A DNA stretch of 64,000 bases from an uncultured delta proteobacterium. GTDB lineage: Bacteria > Desulfobacterota > Syntrophia > Syntrophales > UBA5619. Below are positions 60,475 through 64,000 of the stretch, piece by piece. Below the pieces are notes generated by a model. That model was not told where the DNA came from, made no database searches, and was given only the letters and a program-made list of their open reading frames with translations. Numbering within the stretch: position 1 is the stretch's first letter; each line of letters starts with the position of its first letter. The stretch lies in the NCBI GenBank assembly GCA_963817385.1, contig CAWFOM010000005.1, positions 32,001 to 96,000 of the forward strand, in the 5' to 3' direction. A program made the translations under genes and the position numbers.

Positions 60475-61773
60475 TCAAGATCTTTTTGCGTTCAGCCGCA
60501 CAAGAACCGAGTTCCCGTGTCCGCCGAGCCCCTCGATCTCGGAAAAACGCGCCGTCTGGCTCCCGTACCGCTCAAGCGCCTCCCGCGAAAACGAGAGGAT
60601 GCTGGTCCGCTTGACAAAATCATAAACACCCAGAGGCGAAGCGAAGCGGGCCGTCCCTCCGGTCGGCAGGACATGATTGGGTCCCGCCAGGTAATCGCCG
60701 AGCGCCTCCGGCGTATACATCCCCAGAAAGACCGCCCCGGCATTCCGGATCCCGGAGAGGAGCTCTCGGGGGTTTTTCACCATGAGTTCGAGATGCTCCG
60801 GGGAAAAGCGGTTGGCCAGGCCGACCGCTTCCGGGAGATCCCGTGTCACTACCGCCGCCCCGAAGGCGGCCAGCGACCGGGAGACAATATCGCGCCGGCG
60901 GAGGCCCGAAAGCTGATTCTCGACCTCGGCGGCCACAGCCCGGGCAAATCCCTCGTCCGGCGTCAGAAGCAGAGCGCTCGCCATCTCGTCATGTTCGGCC
61001 TGGGCCAGGAGATCCGCGGCCGCAAAGGCGGCCTCCCCTGTCCCGTCCGCGATGATGACGACCTCGCTCGGACCGGCGATCATGTCGATCGCCACCCTGC
61101 CGAAGACCATCTTCTTGGCCGTCGCCACATAGGCGTTTCCCGGACCGACGATCTTGTCGACACGGGGGATCGAAGCCGTTCCGTAGGCCAGGGCTGCGAT
61201 CGCCTGGGCGCCGCCGACCTTGAAGATCCGATTCACCCCGCTCAATTCCGCGGCGGCGGCGATCACCGGCTGAAGCCGGCCGTCCCGGGAAGGCGTCACC
61301 AGGATGATCTCGCCGACGCCGGCGATCCGGGCCGGAATCGCCGTCATCAGGACGGTGGAGGGATAGGAGGCCAGTCCGCCCGGCGCATAGATGCCTACGC
61401 TTGCAAGCGGCAGGATCCTCTGGCCGAGTTCCACTCCCGTTTCGTCCGAAACCGACCACCCCTCCTGGCGCTGCCGCTCGTGGAACCTTTCTATCCGTTC
61501 CGCGGCCAAGCGGAGGATCGCCAGGTCTTCCGGGTCGACCCGCGCCGCTGCATCTTTTCTCTCCTCCGGGGAAGCCTCCACCGTGGTCGCAGTAACGGCA
61601 TGCCCATCCCACCGGGCGGTATAGGAAAAAAGGGCCTCGTCCCCGCGCAGGGCAACATCATCCACGATCCGTCCGACGACCGCCCAGAGTTCGGGATCAA
61701 ATGTCCGGCCCCGCTCCCTGATTCGCTGAAACTGCCCCTCGAATTCCGCGTCGTCCGTCCGTATAATGTTCAT
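60475..61773 (-). CDS. hisD: Histidinol dehydrogenase
   Basis: GIYAPGG, GGAQAIAALAYG, IDMIAGPSE, QAEHD, PEHLE, GPNHVLPT. Confidence 0.96.
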   Translation of the reverse strand: MNIIRTDDAEFEGQFQRIRERGRTFDPELWAVVGRIVDDVALRGDEALFSYTARWDGHAVTATTVEASPEERKDAAARVDPEDLAILRLAAERIERFHERQRQEGWSVSDETGVELGQRILPLASVGIYAPGGLASYPSTVLMTAIPARIAGVGEIILVTPSRDGRLQPVIAAAAELSGVNRIFKVGGAQAIAALAYGTASIPRVDKIVGPGNAYVATAKKMVFGRVAIDMIAGPSEVVIIADGTGEAAFAAADLLAQAEHDEMASALLLTPDEGFARAVAAEVENQLSGLRRRDIVSRSLAAFGAAVVTRDLPEAVGLANRFSPEHLELMVKNPRELLSGIRNAGAVFLGMYTPEALGDYLAGPNHVLPTGGTARFASPLGVYDFVKRTSILSFSREALERYGSQTARFSEIEGLGGHGNSVLVRLNAKRS

Positions 61774-61841
61774 GGTCTCCCCTTATACCCCGTCCAAGAT
61801 CGGCAGCTTTGCCAATTTTTTCGTAATTCTCCCGGCCCAAG

Positions 61842-63092
61842 TTATCCCGGAATCCTCCGGATGTCAGCCCCCAGAACCGACAGTTTCTTCTCGATCTGCT
61901 GATAGCCCCGGTCGATGTGATAGACGCGGGAGAGGACCGTCATCCCCTCCGCCGCCAGCCCCGCCAGGATGAGGGAGGCCGATGCCCGGAGATCCGTCGC
62001 CATCACCGGTGCCCCGCGGAGCTTCGGAATCCCCCGGACGATGGCACTCTTCCCCTGAATGACAATATCCGCACCCATCCGCACCATTTCGCTGACATGC
62101 ATGAAGCGGTTCTCGAACACGGTCTCCGTGATGACGGCAAGGCCGTTTGCCACCGCCATCAGCGCCATGATCTGTGCCTGCAGATCCGTCGGAAATCCAG
62201 GATAGGGCAGGGTCTTCACATCAACGCTCCGCAAGGTTTTGGTGCTTCTCGCCCGAATGCCGTCCCCGGCCACGTCGATCATCATCCCGGCATCCCGCAG
62301 TTTGGCGATCAGCGCGTCGAGATGGAGGGGATCACCGCCGAGGATCCGGATATTCCCGCCGGTGATCCCGGCGGCGATCAGGAAGGTGCCGGCTTCGATC
62401 CTGTCCGGGATCACCGCCGCCTCCACGGGATGGAGACGTTCCACCCCCTCGATTACGATCGTGCCGCTCCCCGCCCCGCAGATCCTTGCTCCCATGCCGA
62501 TGAGCACCTCGGCCAGATTGACGACCTCCGGCTCGCGCGCCGCGTTCTTCAGGATGGTGGTACCCTTCGCCAGGGTCGCGGCCATCATGATGTTTTCCGT
62601 CCCCGTGACCGTGGAGATATCGAAATAGATCTCCGCCCCCCGAAGACGTGAGGCCTTCGCTTCGACATACCCGTCCTTCAGCGTCACCTCCGCCCCGAGT
62701 TCGCGGAGGGCCTTGATGTGGAGATTCACCGGTCGTGCCCCGATGGCGCAACCGCCAGGCAGGGAGACCCGCGCTTCCCCCATCCGCGCCACAAGCGGAC
62801 CCAGCACCAGGATCGAGGCCCGCATCGTCCGAACCAGGTCGTAGGCTGCCTCGCAATTAGTGATCCCGTCGGCGTTTATTCGCAGGGTTTCGTCTCCTTC
62901 CATCTCCACGCCGAGGCTTTTGAGGAGTTTCTTGATCGTCTTGATATCCATCAGATCGGGAATGTTGTGAAAGATATTTGCTCCTTTGACCAAAAGCGCC
63001 GACGCCAGGATCGGGAGAGCCGCGTTCTTGGCGCCGCTGACCTGGATCTCCCCTTCGAGCTTCTTCCCTCCGACGATCTCTATCTTGTCCAT
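61842..63092 (-). CDS. murA: UDP-N-acetylglucosamine 1-carboxyvinyltransferase
   Basis: [28 protein letters not shown]. Confidence 0.97.
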   Translation of the reverse strand: MDKIEIVGGKKLEGEIQVSGAKNAALPILASALLVKGANIFHNIPDLMDIKTIKKLLKSLGVEMEGDETLRINADGITNCEAAYDLVRTMRASILVLGPLVARMGEARVSLPGGCAIGARPVNLHIKALRELGAEVTLKDGYVEAKASRLRGAEIYFDISTVTGTENIMMAATLAKGTTILKNAAREPEVVNLAEVLIGMGARICGAGSGTIVIEGVERLHPVEAAVIPDRIEAGTFLIAAGITGGNIRILGGDPLHLDALIAKLRDAGMMIDVAGDGIRARSTKTLRSVDVKTLPYPGFPTDLQAQIMALMAVANGLAVITETVFENRFMHVSEMVRMGADIVIQGKSAIVRGIPKLRGAPVMATDLRASASLILAGLAAEGMTVLSRVYHIDRGYQQIEKKLSVLGADIRRIPG

Positions 63093-63095
63093 CGT

Positions 63096-63959
63096 TCAGT
63101 TCTCTTTTTTCTTTCTTCTGGCCGCCGCAACCCGCTCCACCCCGCCGTAGTCTTTCCGGAACCGGATCGTATCATAGAATCCCTCCTCCCGGAAGAGGGC
63201 CTCGACAAGTTCTTTCTGCCCCTCGCCTATCTCCAGGAATATCCGGCCGCCCTCCTTCAGATGATGTGCCCCTCCCCGGATGATCTTACGGTGAAAAGCC
63301 GTACCGTCCGGACCGGCGATGAGCGCCTGACGGGGTTCGAATTCACGAATGCCCGCCGGCAGTCGGGGATAGAGGTCATCGGGGATGTACGGCGGATTGG
63401 AGACGATGAGATCGAAGGCCCCGAAGGCGGATGCATAGAGATCCCCGTGCAAAAATTCTATGCGATCGGCAACGCCGTGGATGACGGCGTTACGGCTTGC
63501 CACCTCCAGCGCCTCTCGCGAGATCTCCGTCGCTACCACGCGGGCAGCGGGCATCTCCCGCGCCAGGGCTATGCCGATCGCACCGCTCCCCGTTCCGATA
63601 TCGATGATCCGCAGGTCGCCCGCCTCCCGGCCGCAACACTCCAGGATTGCTTCGATGAGGCATTCCGTCTCCGGCCTCGGGATGAGGACCGCGTGATTGA
63701 CATGAAATATGAGCGACCAGAACTCCTTTTCCCCGACGATGTAGGCGATCGGTTCGCCCCGGCGGCGCCTTTCGACCCACCGGGCAAACCCGGCGGCTTC
63801 CTCCTCCGTGAGGCTTCTTTCCGGATGCGTCAAGAGCTGCAGGCGATCGGTCTTCAGGAAACGCATGAGGAGGACTTCGGCGTCGAGCCGGGGGGAGGGA
63901 CTGCCGCACACGGTCAGGTCGCGGGTCGTCTGGAGGAGGATGGTCCGAATATCCGTCAT
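63096..63959 (-). CDS. prmC: Release factor glutamine methyltransferase
   Basis: GEPIAYI, LIPRPETE, DIGTGSG, SNPPY. Confidence 0.96.
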   Translation of the reverse strand: MTDIRTILLQTTRDLTVCGSPSPRLDAEVLLMRFLKTDRLQLLTHPERSLTEEEAAGFARWVERRRRGEPIAYIVGEKEFWSLIFHVNHAVLIPRPETECLIEAILECCGREAGDLRIIDIGTGSGAIGIALAREMPAARVVATEISREALEVASRNAVIHGVADRIEFLHGDLYASAFGAFDLIVSNPPYIPDDLYPRLPAGIREFEPRQALIAGPDGTAFHRKIIRGGAHHLKEGGRIFLEIGEGQKELVEALFREEGFYDTIRFRKDYGGVERVAAARRKKKEN

Positions 63960-64000
63960 GTCAGTAATTCCTCCTTAATTCCGCGCTCGTTCCGGAATGC

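Noticed and set aside
63960..64000. 3' end of prfA upstream of prmC
   Set aside because: Only 41 bp are visible, too little to support the call.

Overview
GC-rich bacterial chromosomal window. Gene content and order suggest an anaerobic deltaproteobacterium (Desulfobacterota/Syntrophales-like); this is inference only. Left end (1-1.9 kb): a decayed defence/toxin-antitoxin patch with a Schlafen/AlbA_2-HATPase gene, an antitoxin-like fragment and two diverged tandem 5' fragments of a type III-like restriction gene. 2-33 kb: mixed metabolism and signalling, comprising ybgC, a universal stress protein, two PAS hybrid kinases, glpABC with a divergent FGGY kinase, a two-subunit Fe-S fumarase, an SDR, LysE, a glutaredoxin, thiC with a TPP riboswitch, a sigma-54/IHF-type GGDEF gene, an orphan ModA/WtpA-like protein, dacA, Tim44, nifUS, MATE and holA. 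33-64 kb: a long minus-strand core block, prmC-murA-hisD-tRNA-Gly-rimP-nusA-infB-rbfA-nrnA-truB-rpsO-pnp-M16-dut, then ftsB-pilMNOPQ, two FN3 lipoproteins, and TPR-pepP-gcvH-lipoate ligase-hisC-rpsU-LOG. At least eight small frameshifts, mostly in short homopolymers, suggest assembly errors. The best leads are a CysRS paralogue with a rewired Zn/substrate pocket and no anticodon domain, an unannotated ~400-aa protein carrying all four RelA/SpoT synthetase-like motifs in altered form, and a pair of Cys-containing FN3/Ig lipoproteins directly behind pilQ. I saw no CRISPR array, rRNA, transposase or integrase. All family assignments are by motif recognition, not database search.
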